Source of the DNA: an uncultured Gammaproteobacteria bacterium
GTDB lineage: Bacteria; Patescibacteriota; Patescibacteriia; Patescibacteriales; Patescibacteriaceae
Direction of reading: 5' to 3'
DNA: 64,000 nucleotides
Assembly (NCBI GenBank): GCA_964628045.1
Contig: CAZVMF010000001.1
Location: 47,049 to 111,048, forward strand
Part shown: positions 18,988 through 28,378 of the stretch, one piece after another
Numbering within the stretch: position 1 is the stretch's first letter
Layout of the letters: each line of letters starts with the position of its first letter
Notes under the pieces: generated by a model
Databases searched by the model: none
What the model saw: the letters and a program-made list of their open reading frames with translations, nothing else
What the model was told of the DNA's origin: nothing
Position numbers and translations under genes: made by a program

Positions 18988-19530
18988 ATGGAAGAACAAG
19001 AACCATCAGGCGACCCAGTGCCTGAAAATAAGTCGATGAAAGCTGGTGTTATTGTTGTTATTATTTTAATTGTTGCCGCATTGGCATTTGCCATTTGGGG
19101 TGGAAGAGATAAAAATACTGAGAATGACGGCAGCGATACAATAAATACGACAAGCGAAGAGCAAAATGTTACTAATGAGGAAAATACTGAAACCGGCGTT
19201 GAAGCTAATACAGAATCAAATACCAATGTCGTTGTGCCGGAGCTGAGCACGTCACCGGAAAAAGTATTTTTAGTCGGTGGTGATAATTTTAAATTTAATC
19301 TCTCTGAAATGCGCGTTAAGAAAGGCGACACTGTAAAAATTACTTTTACAAACAACAACGGCACGCATGATTTGCTTATTGATGAGTTTAACGTTAATAC
19401 CGGAAGAATTGCAGTGGGAGAATCAAAAACAGTTCAGTTTGTTGCGGATAAAACCGGAACATTTGAATATTACTGCTCAGTCGGTCAGCACCGAAAAATG
19501 GGCATGAAAGGTAATTTGATTGTTGAATAA
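18988..19530 (+). CDS. Membrane-anchored cupredoxin (plastocyanin/azurin-like type 1 copper protein)
   Basis: 180 aa. TM anchor and T/N/E-rich linker. Copper ligands lie in GTHDLLIDEF and YYCSVGQHRKMGM. Confidence 0.8.
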   Translation: MEEQEPSGDPVPENKSMKAGVIVVIILIVAALAFAIWGGRDKNTENDGSDTINTTSEEQNVTNEENTETGVEANTESNTNVVVPELSTSPEKVFLVGGDNFKFNLSEMRVKKGDTVKITFTNNNGTHDLLIDEFNVNTGRIAVGESKTVQFVADKTGTFEYYCSVGQHRKMGMKGNLIVE

Positions 19531-19541
19531 TATATAATCAT

Positions 19542-19931
19542 ATGAAGAAAAATATTGGCGTAATCGTCGCCATTGTTATCGTTCTCGTTTTAGCGTTTGT
19601 CTGGTGGAACTCAAAGAACATGAGTTCGGGTACTACCAATACTCCAGCTGTTAAAAATACGGTTCAGGAAACGAATACCGTAACCGAAACAAAAAAGGCC
19701 GGCTTTACGGCAGCCGATGTTGCGATGCATAATTCCGCAAGCGACTGTTATACCATTGTTGGAGACAAAGTGTATGGTTTGACTGATTGGATCTCCAAGC
19801 ATCCGGGCGGTGAAGGCGCCATTCTCGGGTTGTGCGGAAAAGATGGAACACAAGCTTTTACTCAGCAACACGGATCAAGTCAAAAAGCCCAATCGGTTTT
19901 GCAGTCATATTTGGTCGGTAATTTGATATAA
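19542..19931 (+). CDS. Membrane-anchored cytochrome b5-like heme-binding protein
   Basis: 129 aa. TM anchor and the HPGG motif (WISKHPGGEGAILGLCGKDGTQAF). Confidence 0.8.
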   Translation: MKKNIGVIVAIVIVLVLAFVWWNSKNMSSGTTNTPAVKNTVQETNTVTETKKAGFTAADVAMHNSASDCYTIVGDKVYGLTDWISKHPGGEGAILGLCGKDGTQAFTQQHGSSQKAQSVLQSYLVGNLI

Positions 19932-19935
19932 ACGT

Positions 19936-20295
19936 ATGTCTATTAAACAATTTGAAAGCTACGCACCGTTAGTATTGCGAATTGGATTAGGTTTTGTCTT
20001 TATCTGGTTTGGCTTTAGCGGCATTACCAATCCATCAATGTGGGTCGGTATGGTTCCGGAGTGGACGGCGGTATTTGGTCCGGCCGCAACATTGGTCGTG
20101 ATCCACGGAATCGTAGAATTGATCGGTGGTATAATGCTATGCGCCGGTTGGTATGTACGTCCTGTCGGAATTATTTTACTTTTGAGTTTGTTGCAGACGC
20201 TAACGATTCTTAGTTTTGGTCCGATTATGGTGCGCGATATTGGCTTGGCGCTTGCCTTGTTCTCGTCAATCTTATACGGAAACGACCGAGAATAA
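19936..20295 (+). CDS. DoxX family membrane protein
   Basis: 119 aa with four TM helices. LRIGLGFVFIWFGFSG...IVELIGGIML is DoxX-like. Confidence 0.65.
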   Translation: MSIKQFESYAPLVLRIGLGFVFIWFGFSGITNPSMWVGMVPEWTAVFGPAATLVVIHGIVELIGGIMLCAGWYVRPVGIILLLSLLQTLTILSFGPIMVRDIGLALALFSSILYGNDRE

Positions 20296-20315
20296 ATTTA
20301 GTGAGAGTATGTAAA

Positions 20316-20345
20316 AACCCGTTGATTACAATCAGCGGGTTTTTA
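20316..20345. terminator. Bidirectional rho-independent terminator
   Basis: CCCGTTGAT-taca-ATCAGCGGG (one G-U pair), flanked by AAAAA and TTTTT, between convergent genes. Confidence 0.7.
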
Positions 20346-20930
20346 TATAAGGTCAAAAATAGTTTTTCCGAGTTTTAGTAAGGTAAACAAGAGGTAGTAT
20401 CGAACGAAGCACGCAGCATAGAGCAGGGGACGGCCAAAAACAAGTTGTCGTTTTTTACGAGCATACATGCCGTGACTTATCCTGCCGAGAGAGGGAATAA
20501 ATGCTACGAACATCATTCCGCAATACGCGCCGATACGTTTAACTTTTTTGTACCAACTTTTTCGTTTTGTTTTTTTTGTTATAAATGCTTCTTTGGCTTT
20601 ACCATAGCCTTCCTTGAGAACATTGAATGCATTACGAAGAGCAAGATTCATAATATGTATATCAAGCGGAAGGTATGGCGCAAGTTTTTCAAACAGTTTT
20701 AAGATCCATGATCTAGAAGCTGAATGGAACGGTCTTGAAAGAATGAAAATGTCCACTTCCATCATGATCATCATATATGCTAAGGCAATGAGTGACCAGG
20801 GACTTAGGATACTTCCGTACAAGATCGAAATTGCCGCCAAAGGTTCAGTGACTACGGGGAAGAAATTTAGAACAAAAAGTTTTAAACAGAAAAAGTAAAA
20901 CCAGGCATTTTCCGTTATTTTTTTAATCAA
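20343..20930 (-). CDS. Hypothetical membrane protein
   Basis: 195 aa with several hydrophobic helices. No family recognised. Confidence 0.45.
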   Translation of the reverse strand: MIKKITENAWFYFFCLKLFVLNFFPVVTEPLAAISILYGSILSPWSLIALAYMMIMMEVDIFILSRPFHSASRSWILKLFEKLAPYLPLDIHIMNLALRNAFNVLKEGYGKAKEAFITKKTKRKSWYKKVKRIGAYCGMMFVAFIPSLGRISHGMYARKKRQLVFGRPLLYAACFVRYYLLFTLLKLGKTIFDLI

Positions 20931-21099
20931 AAGAGCTCCTTTTTATTTTCATAAATTAACACGTTTATATTATTTTGTCAATGTTTAGCTAATTTATGCC
21001 AATCTCTTGACATTTTGTCAACTAAGTACTAAGGTGCAATTACGTTGTTGGGGGCGTATGCCCCCGGCCAAATAAAATTTTTAGAAAAGGACATTTAAA

Positions 21100-21609
21100 A
21101 TGAAATTAATTATTCTTACAGGAATAATATTTGTGATTTGTATTACACAAATCAAGGCGCAGGAAACGGGAGCAGAGCTTAATACCTCTTTCTCGAAAGT
21201 CTGCGAAAGTCAGGCATCGGTGTTAAAACGGTTAAGTTTTAACAAGGAGGCTGGCCCTTTAGAAATAACAGCAGTGGATGGCGTAGTCCAGGCGGAGTTA
21301 GATGGTAAAGTCTTTTTTTCTGAGTCCCTCCCAAAGGACTGGAAAAAAGATAACTCAGCTCCGAAGTTAAGCGGCGCAACTCTTGGTGACAAGTATATAT
21401 TTGTTGCCGAAAAACTCAGTGGTACAACTGAGATGTATATAGCTGACATAAACAAGCTAACCGCAACCCGGATCGATATGCCCGGGACAATCACTAAGGT
21501 TGTATTTCTTAGTGAAACTGGGCAGATTCTTGTTCAGATAAATTATACGAAAGTCGCTCTGGTGTTTTTTAACGTCTATGGCGACCCCGTCTCAATCACC
21601 GTAAAATAA
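21100..21609 (+). CDS. Hypothetical secreted protein
   Basis: 169 aa with signal peptide MKLIILTGIIFVICITQIKAQE. Confidence 0.5.
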   Translation: MKLIILTGIIFVICITQIKAQETGAELNTSFSKVCESQASVLKRLSFNKEAGPLEITAVDGVVQAELDGKVFFSESLPKDWKKDNSAPKLSGATLGDKYIFVAEKLSGTTEMYIADINKLTATRIDMPGTITKVVFLSETGQILVQINYTKVALVFFNVYGDPVSITVK

Positions 21610-21629
21610 CGGTGAGTAGTAAAATTGTA

Positions 21630-21659
21630 AATCCCCGTTTTTGAAACGGGGATTTTTTT
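21630..21659 (+). terminator. Rho-independent terminator
   Basis: AATCCCCGTTT-ttg-AAACGGGGATT followed by TTTTTT. Confidence 0.85.
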
Positions 21660-21755
21660 CGTTTTAAAAAAATTTTCTCTTGAAGGGCTGTGGATATCTT
21701 TTGATAAAATAAAAAATAGAAATTAAATAAAGAAAATACTTAGTGTTTGCCACTC

Positions 21756-21784
21756 TTGACGAGTATCTTTTTGAAGGTTAGAAT
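21756..21784 (+). promoter_or_regulatory. Candidate sigma70 promoter of the RHS gene
   Basis: TTGACG (21756-21761), 17 nt, TAGAAT (21779-21784). Confidence 0.5.
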
Positions 21785-21813
21785 GAAATCTTGCTCTTAA
21801 ACTGCCTCGTTAT

Positions 21814-21884
21814 CTCAGTATCGGTGTGTTAGGAGGGGACATGCCAATACTGAGTTAAGGAAGCGGTTTGGATCAAGCCCCTCC
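21814..21884 (+). promoter_or_regulatory. Structured 5' leader with a 5-codon mini-ORF
   Basis: An 8-bp stem CTCAGTAT/ATACTGAG (21814-21821 / 21847-21854) encloses AGGAGGGG plus ATG (mini-ORF MPILS*, 21841-21858). GGAGGGG (21832-21838) is perfectly complementary to CCCCTCC (21878-21884). Confidence 0.35.
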
Positions 21885-21908
21885 GGGTTTAATCCTTAAG
21901 CAAAATAT

Positions 21909-24900
21909 ATGCGTTACTCGTTACCAGTTACTTTTGGTCGAGGTGCTACTAAGATTTTAAGAAAGCTAACAGCTGGGCTGTTGGTTTTTTTGTTTTTAAT
22001 AAGTCCTTTGGCCTCTATTCGTGCCGAAGAAAATGGAGAAGTTCCGCTGGAAGAACCGGTTCAGACTGAAGTGCAAGTCGAGGAGCTTGTCGAATCTGAG
22101 GCAGTGCCGTCCGAAGACACGACAGAGCCGCAAACAGGAGAAGCTGAAGAACCGCAAGTTGAGCAATCACCAGAACTTGCTACTGGCAACGAAGACAAAA
22201 AAGTTGAGAACAAATTAAATTTAGGAGTTGATTCAGTAAATAATTTTGGTGCATTACATTTTAATTTCCCAATTGTGGTTCCTGATGGACGAAACGGTCA
22301 GAAACCAAATATTGATTTAGTGTATGATAGTCAGTCCGGTAGAATAAATGATATTTTCGGTTTTGGTTGGAGCTTAAGTATCCCATCAATAGAGCGCATT
22401 AACCAAAAAGGAATTGAGACTCTATATACGAACAACGATATTTTTAATTCCTCTTTTGATGGAGAGATTATTAAAGTAAATCCTGAAAATAATGAATGGT
22501 ATGGAGCAAAATCTGAAAGTGGACAATTTTTAACGTATCAGTTTGTTAATGGGCAAAGTTGGCTTGTTACCGATAAACAGGGGACAAAATATGCTTTTGG
22601 ATCTAGCGCTGATGCACGCCAAGATGATTCAGCTAATACAAGCCGTATATTTAAGTGGATGTTAGAAGAAAGTATTGATACAAACGGCAACAAGATCAAA
22701 TATGAATATTTTAAAGATCAGGGGCAAATATATCCATTCAAAATAACCTATTCAAATGTTGGGCAAACAGCGGGAATTTTTGAAATTAATTTTACTCATT
22801 TGCCCCGGCCAGACCAAGTAGTAACAAAGAATTTAGATTTTTCTGTTAAAACCGCTTATCGGATTAATGAAATTGATATAAAAACAAATAATGTATGGAC
22901 AAAAAAATATACGCTGTCATATGTCACTGGAGACAATAATCAAAAAAGTTTATTAAATACTATTATTGAATCCGGCCAAACTGAAAATGGAGAGAACCCA
23001 TTTAGTTTACCAGCTACAACTTTTTCATATCAATCGAGCGCTCAAGGTTGGGCATTAAGCTCAAGTCGACATGTTCCTATTGGATTTAATACAACGCATA
23101 AGTTTGTTGATGTTAACGGTGACAGTCTGTCCGACATCATCGCCTATACTCCATCAGCGAATCATGTGTACATCAATTCCGGTAATGATTGGCAAGTTGA
23201 CCCAAATTTTCAACTCCCGGTTATTTCAGATATTTTTAGCAGCAATATTCAGTGGGCAGACGTAAATGGTGATGCTTTTACAGATATTTTAGACGGTGGT
23301 GAGCTTAGCGGAGGGAAAGTATACTTCAACAACGCTGATGGAACCGGCTGGACTTTATATCAAGGAAATAATTGGAAAGTGCCACTAAACTTCAGCACGA
23401 CTAATGAAGCGGTAATGGATATTAACGGCGATAATTTGGCAGACATTATTTATAACTGCCCGGGTTGTTCAGTGGAAAATAGATTTCAAGTTCATTTAAA
23501 TAATGGACAAGGGTGGAGCATTAATTCTAATTGGAATTTACCTAATGATGCTTTTGATCAACTTTCTCGATTTGGTGATATTAATGGTGATGGTTTGATT
23601 GATATAATACATTTGATTGGCTATCAGAGCGGTGAGCTTGCAAGAATTTATATTAATAATGGGCACACCGGCTGGATTCCTGATTCAACATGGAATACTC
23701 CGGAACAATTTCAGAATGATTCAGTGGTTGCTGATGATATTAATCAAGATGGTTTAATGGACCTTTTGATTTTTCGTAATTCATGGCAGTCGCCACAGCG
23801 TAGAGCGTTTATAAACAATGGAAATGGTGGATGGGTATATAACAGTGCTTGGGAGTTACCGAGCGAAATTTTCAGTACTAACACAACATATCTATCAGAT
23901 GTTAATGGTGACGGCTTGCTTGATATCGTCAACTCCGATAACAACCCCGTTGATTCTCGTGTCTATATAGCTAACGGAGAGAAAACCGAACTTTTAAATA
24001 CTATTACATCTAGTGAGGGCGGAACAACGAATATTTCTTACAAAGGATCTCCGGAGTATGTAAACAATAACACATTATCAAACCCACTTTTGCCGGTTAA
24101 TCTGCAAACTGTTTCTTTGATCACTGAAAATCCATTACTGGGAGCTAGTACTAATACAACTTTTAGTTATAGTAACGGTTTTTATTACCATAATCCAAAT
24201 GCAATTTTTGATAAAAAATTAGCAGGTTTTGGAGAAGTTATTAGTAATGATGACTTAAGCAGTGTTAAAACCTACTATCATCAAGGTAATGGATCAAATT
24301 CAGGCATTGGTGAATATGAAGATGATGTTTCTAAATTAGGCAGAGCGTATCGAAAAGAAATTAAAAACTCTACCGCGACAAGTACATACGCAATCAATAT
24401 TAATAAATGGGACAAAACCGGTTTAGATAATGGACGACGCAGCTTTGTAAAATTAGTTGATTCATTACAGATGAGCTATGACGGTGATTCAGATCATAAA
24501 GATAAGGCACAGCGTTTTGAATATGATAATACAAATGGGAATCAAACTATAATTACCGAGCTTGGTGAAGTAAATGGTTTAGATAATGGTAGTTTTACAG
24601 ATACGGGAGCTGATACGTTCACGACAACTATTTCATATGTTTCTAATGCAAATGGAATTGTCGGTCTACCTGCTGTGGAGTTAACTAACGACAATAACTC
24701 AGTGAAAGTTAAAGAAACTAAACATTACTATGATAATTTAGCCTTGGGTCAAGTTGATAAAGGAAATGAAACTAAGACTCAAATTTGGCGCGCCGGCTCA
24801 AAATATATTGATGTTGAAAAAACGTATAATTCATATGGTTTAGTGATTTCTGAAAAAGATCCGCGCGATAAAGTAACGACCTATAGCTATGATTCATACA

Positions 24901-27821
24901 ATTTGTATCCGGTTTCAGTAACCAACGCACTAAATCATACGACTGGATATAGTTATGATTATTCGTCTGGACAAGTAAAACAGACAACCGATCCGAATAA
25001 TAGAATATTTTTAAATACTTATGATGGCTTAGATAGAGTTATTGAAGAAAAGCAACCAGATGTAAGCAACCCAAACACAAGCGTAAAAAGAACAACATAT
25101 TTTTATGCTTTAGATTTGCGATCGATTGTACAGAATGATTATTTAGATGCGTCTAATATGGTCAGTACCTATACATATGTTGATGGATTTGGCAGAAAAA
25201 TACAGGAACGACGTGAAGCTGAAAGTTCTGGAGCCTTTAATGTTCGTGACTTTATATACACGCAAGGAGATTTAATATTAAAAGAGTCATTGCCATATAT
25301 TTCAAGCGGCTTAGCCCGAACTGAGCCCATAACAACTTCGACGTTACTTTCTGAATATACCTATGACCCAATGCAGCGAGCTATTAATGTTCATACTGCG
25401 GTCGGTGATACAAGTAATGTATATGATGATTGGAAAACAACAATCACTGATGCCAAAGGTAAGGTAAAAAATATTTATAAAGATGCGTATGATAATTTGG
25501 TTCGTGTTGATGAGCACAACGGCTCTTCAGTATATACGACTCAATATCAATGGAACGGATTGAAAAAATTAACTAAGATTACTGATGCCTTGAGCAATGA
25601 ACGAAATTTCTTGTATGATGGGCTAGGAAGGGTGACGAGTGCTGAGGACTTGCATGCCTGGTATGATGGAGCATACGGAACATGGACCTATACATATGAT
25701 GCGTCGGGAAATTTAGTTAGTCGCTTAGATCCGAACGGCGTTACTGTTGCGTATTCGTATGACGATATAAATCGAATTACAACAGAAGACGCTTACAATG
25801 ATTCTGATCCGGAAGTAGTTTATACCTATGATTCATGCACTGAAGGTATCGGCAGATTATGTGGTGTTACTAATGACGCTGTTCAATCAACGGTTAGTTA
25901 TGATGCGTTGGGTCGCATAAGCAGCGAGGAAAAAGTTATTGACAGACAGTCATACATTTCTCAGTATTCGTATGATCGTCAAGGCAACAAAACGTTTATT
26001 ACAAATCCGGATAATTCGCAATTTAAGTATTTTTATAATGCCGCCGGGCTTGTTGATAAAGTTCAACAAAAAGAAAGTTCTGCGCCGGGTTTTAGCGATG
26101 TATTATCAAATATAGATTATAATGCCGTTTCATTACCGACGACAGTAGCGTACGCGAACGGCGCCGTGACTACAAATATTTACGACAGTCAGGAGCTCTA
26201 TAGATTACGAACAAAAGTTACGGTTGCTAATGGACAGAATGTTCAGGCTTTAACATATACTTACGATCCAGTTGGAAATATTCTGCAAATTGTTGATGCT
26301 TCAACAACCTTAACCGCAAAGACAACGGATTATACGTATGATGATTTGCATCGTTTATTAACAGCGACGATAACAAATTCCGCGGCGGAGAACGTTGACG
26401 GTCCGGATAATGGTAATCAAGTTCAGACATTTAGCTACGATGCTATTGGAAATATTTTAACTAAATCCGATGTTGGTTCATATTCATATGACGGCGCTTC
26501 GGGAGTGGCAAATTTTGCCAATCCGCATGCTGTAACCTCAACACCGATTAATTGGTTCAGCTATGACAATAACGGCAATATGATTGAGGCGAATGCTTGG
26601 ACGCCAAATGATTACAAAGCATTTACCTGGGATTATAATAATCGGCTTATTTCGGCAACTGCCGGTGCATCAACTTCAAATTATACCTATGATGCTTCGG
26701 GACAGCGCGTTAAATCAATAACTCCTTCGGGGACTACGGTGTCGGTTACGAATGAATTCACGGTTACGCCGGACGGCACGGAAAAGCATGTATTTTTAGG
26801 AGATACGGCTATTGCGACGATTTCTACGGCCAATGAATCGTTGTCCATTTATAATATCCATGCTGACCATTTAACCGGTTCAAACGTTATTACGGATCAT
26901 GATGAAAATATTGATGAGCTGACGGATTACTATGCGTTTGGTACAATGAGAATAGATGAGCAGAACGGAGAGCACGCTGAAAAACGAAAGTTCACAGGGC
27001 ATGAGTACGACGTGGATACGGGGTTAACATACGCGGGTGCGAGGTACTACGACGCTGCCCTAGGAAGATGGCTCAGCCAAGACCCGGTTTTCCTATCGGC
27101 TATGGATCCTGAAAGTGTCCAAGAGGCAACTCAGATGACTCAGGATAACTATTTTGGCAGCCCACAGACGATGAACGCCTATACTTATGTCGCTAATAAC
27201 CCACTGAAGTATAAAGATTATAAAGGCGAGTTCCTTGATACAGTAGTAGATATTGGTTTTATCGCTTACGATACTTACAAGTTGGTTCAGGCAATGAATA
27301 ATGGCGGTAATGTAAAGGCTGAATGGACAGCTCTAGGTTTAGATGCCGCGGGAGCGTTGATTCCAGGCGTAACAGGATTAGGCATGGTATCAAGAGCGGC
27401 AAAAGTAGCTGATAAAGCTGTTGATGTTGCGAAGGCAACGGAAAAAGTTGCAGATGTAGCAAGAGTTGAAAAATCCGTTAATGCTATCAGCGATCCAGCC
27501 AGGATGTTATCTGCGCCTACGGAAACGAAGTTACTACCAAACCATCGTCAGTCATTAATTCAAAATTCTCCAGATCAAAAGTTCACTAATATAGTGAAGA
27601 ACAATTATCGCCCTAAGTCGACTTTTGGAGACGGTAGTACAGCCGCTGCCGCTCGGCATGAGCTTCTAGGTGGAAGTAAGGTAGGTGGTAGAGATCATGT
27701 AAAAAGTTCATATGGTTATATTCAGGGATATCATAATATGTTTAAGTCGAATCCTATGACCAAACATAATCCCTATGTAATTAGAGAATATAACAAGTTG
27801 ATTAATTCAATTACTAGATAA
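21909..27821 (+). CDS. RHS-repeat polymorphic toxin, Tc (TcB+TcC)-like: signal peptide, SpvB domain, FG-GAP/VCBS repeats, TcdB-mid-like region, YD/RHS repeats, RHS core, PT-TG domain and C-terminal toxin tip
   Basis: 1970 aa. SpvB-like GALHFNFPIVVPDGRNGQKPNIDLVYDSQ...GFGWSLSIPSI. Six DxNGD(G/S)xxDI repeats. Many YD repeats (YTYD..GNL, YSYD..NR). RHS core YYDAALGRWLSQDPV ... YTYVANNPLKYKDYKGE. Then the PT-TG-like FLDTVVDIGF...LGLDAAGALIPGVTGLG. Confidence 0.9.
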   Translation: MRYSLPVTFGRGATKILRKLTAGLLVFLFLISPLASIRAEENGEVPLEEPVQTEVQVEELVESEAVPSEDTTEPQTGEAEEPQVEQSPELATGNEDKKVENKLNLGVDSVNNFGALHFNFPIVVPDGRNGQKPNIDLVYDSQSGRINDIFGFGWSLSIPSIERINQKGIETLYTNNDIFNSSFDGEIIKVNPENNEWYGAKSESGQFLTYQFVNGQSWLVTDKQGTKYAFGSSADARQDDSANTSRIFKWMLEESIDTNGNKIKYEYFKDQGQIYPFKITYSNVGQTAGIFEINFTHLPRPDQVVTKNLDFSVKTAYRINEIDIKTNNVWTKKYTLSYVTGDNNQKSLLNTIIESGQTENGENPFSLPATTFSYQSSAQGWALSSSRHVPIGFNTTHKFVDVNGDSLSDIIAYTPSANHVYINSGNDWQVDPNFQLPVISDIFSSNIQWADVNGDAFTDILDGGELSGGKVYFNNADGTGWTLYQGNNWKVPLNFSTTNEAVMDINGDNLADIIYNCPGCSVENRFQVHLNNGQGWSINSNWNLPNDAFDQLSRFGDINGDGLIDIIHLIGYQSGELARIYINNGHTGWIPDSTWNTPEQFQNDSVVADDINQDGLMDLLIFRNSWQSPQRRAFINNGNGGWVYNSAWELPSEIFSTNTTYLSDVNGDGLLDIVNSDNNPVDSRVYIANGEKTELLNTITSSEGGTTNISYKGSPEYVNNNTLSNPLLPVNLQTVSLITENPLLGASTNTTFSYSNGFYYHNPNAIFDKKLAGFGEVISNDDLSSVKTYYHQGNGSNSGIGEYEDDVSKLGRAYRKEIKNSTATSTYAININKWDKTGLDNGRRSFVKLVDSLQMSYDGDSDHKDKAQRFEYDNTNGNQTIITELGEVNGLDNGSFTDTGADTFTTTISYVSNANGIVGLPAVELTNDNNSVKVKETKHYYDNLALGQVDKGNETKTQIWRAGSKYIDVEKTYNSYGLVISEKDPRDKVTTYSYDSYNLYPVSVTNALNHTTGYSYDYSSGQVKQTTDPNNRIFLNTYDGLDRVIEEKQPDVSNPNTSVKRTTYFYALDLRSIVQNDYLDASNMVSTYTYVDGFGRKIQERREAESSGAFNVRDFIYTQGDLILKESLPYISSGLARTEPITTSTLLSEYTYDPMQRAINVHTAVGDTSNVYDDWKTTITDAKGKVKNIYKDAYDNLVRVDEHNGSSVYTTQYQWNGLKKLTKITDALSNERNFLYDGLGRVTSAEDLHAWYDGAYGTWTYTYDASGNLVSRLDPNGVTVAYSYDDINRITTEDAYNDSDPEVVYTYDSCTEGIGRLCGVTNDAVQSTVSYDALGRISSEEKVIDRQSYISQYSYDRQGNKTFITNPDNSQFKYFYNAAGLVDKVQQKESSAPGFSDVLSNIDYNAVSLPTTVAYANGAVTTNIYDSQELYRLRTKVTVANGQNVQALTYTYDPVGNILQIVDASTTLTAKTTDYTYDDLHRLLTATITNSAAENVDGPDNGNQVQTFSYDAIGNILTKSDVGSYSYDGASGVANFANPHAVTSTPINWFSYDNNGNMIEANAWTPNDYKAFTWDYNNRLISATAGASTSNYTYDASGQRVKSITPSGTTVSVTNEFTVTPDGTEKHVFLGDTAIATISTANESLSIYNIHADHLTGSNVITDHDENIDELTDYYAFGTMRIDEQNGEHAEKRKFTGHEYDVDTGLTYAGARYYDAALGRWLSQDPVFLSAMDPESVQEATQMTQDNYFGSPQTMNAYTYVANNPLKYKDYKGEFLDTVVDIGFIAYDTYKLVQAMNNGGNVKAEWTALGLDAAGALIPGVTGLGMVSRAAKVADKAVDVAKATEKVADVARVEKSVNAISDPARMLSAPTETKLLPNHRQSLIQNSPDQKFTNIVKNNYRPKSTFGDGSTAAAARHELLGGSKVGGRDHVKSSYGYIQGYHNMFKSNPMTKHNPYVIREYNKLINSITR

Positions 27822-27823
27822 GT

Positions 27824-28216
27824 ATGCAGTTTATCGAGAATAAAGAAATAATAAATATGTTCGCTCCTCTGCTTATTGATAATGCAGAGTGGGAGAGCCA
27901 TAAAAAAGATAATCCTGACTATATAGAAAATATTTATTTTTCATTAGGGGAAATAGGGGGATATGCGCTCAAGGCTATTGAGAACAAAGATATTGAGATG
28001 TTAAAGAAAATATTTACTTCAATAGAATTTGTTTTTGTGGCGGGAGATAAAGTCAGTCAAGAAAAAATTTGTACTGGATTTATTGAATCATTACAAAATA
28101 ATATGATTGAGAAAAATATAGACCTAAGTTCTCTTAATGAATATCTTGGCCCGCAATTGAAAAAAGAATGGCAAAATATAATAGAGTTTTGGAATCCCGA
28201 AACTAAATCCCCGTAG
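27824..28216 (+). CDS. Putative cognate immunity protein of the RHS toxin
   Basis: 130-aa cytoplasmic, helical, AT-rich ORF that starts 2 nt after the RHS stop codon. Assignment rests on position. Confidence 0.6.
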   Translation: MQFIENKEIINMFAPLLIDNAEWESHKKDNPDYIENIYFSLGEIGGYALKAIENKDIEMLKKIFTSIEFVFVAGDKVSQEKICTGFIESLQNNMIEKNIDLSSLNEYLGPQLKKEWQNIIEFWNPETKSP

Positions 28217-28325
28217 AAATGTTTATTATAATTTCTGCTTTATATTGTGATATCTATTATCTATTTAAGCAAGTTATAGCTACTCTAATTTATGAAAATA
28301 GGTAGGAACGATCCTTGTTTAGCTC

Positions 28326-28356
28326 CGGCAGAATCTCCCGATAGGGGATTCTGCCG
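28326..28356. repeat. REP hairpin (left of RAYT)
   Basis: CGGCAGAATCTCCC-gata-GGGGATTCTGCCG. Confidence 0.8.
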
Positions 28357-28378
28357 ATAAATTGAAATTAGGAGGGAT

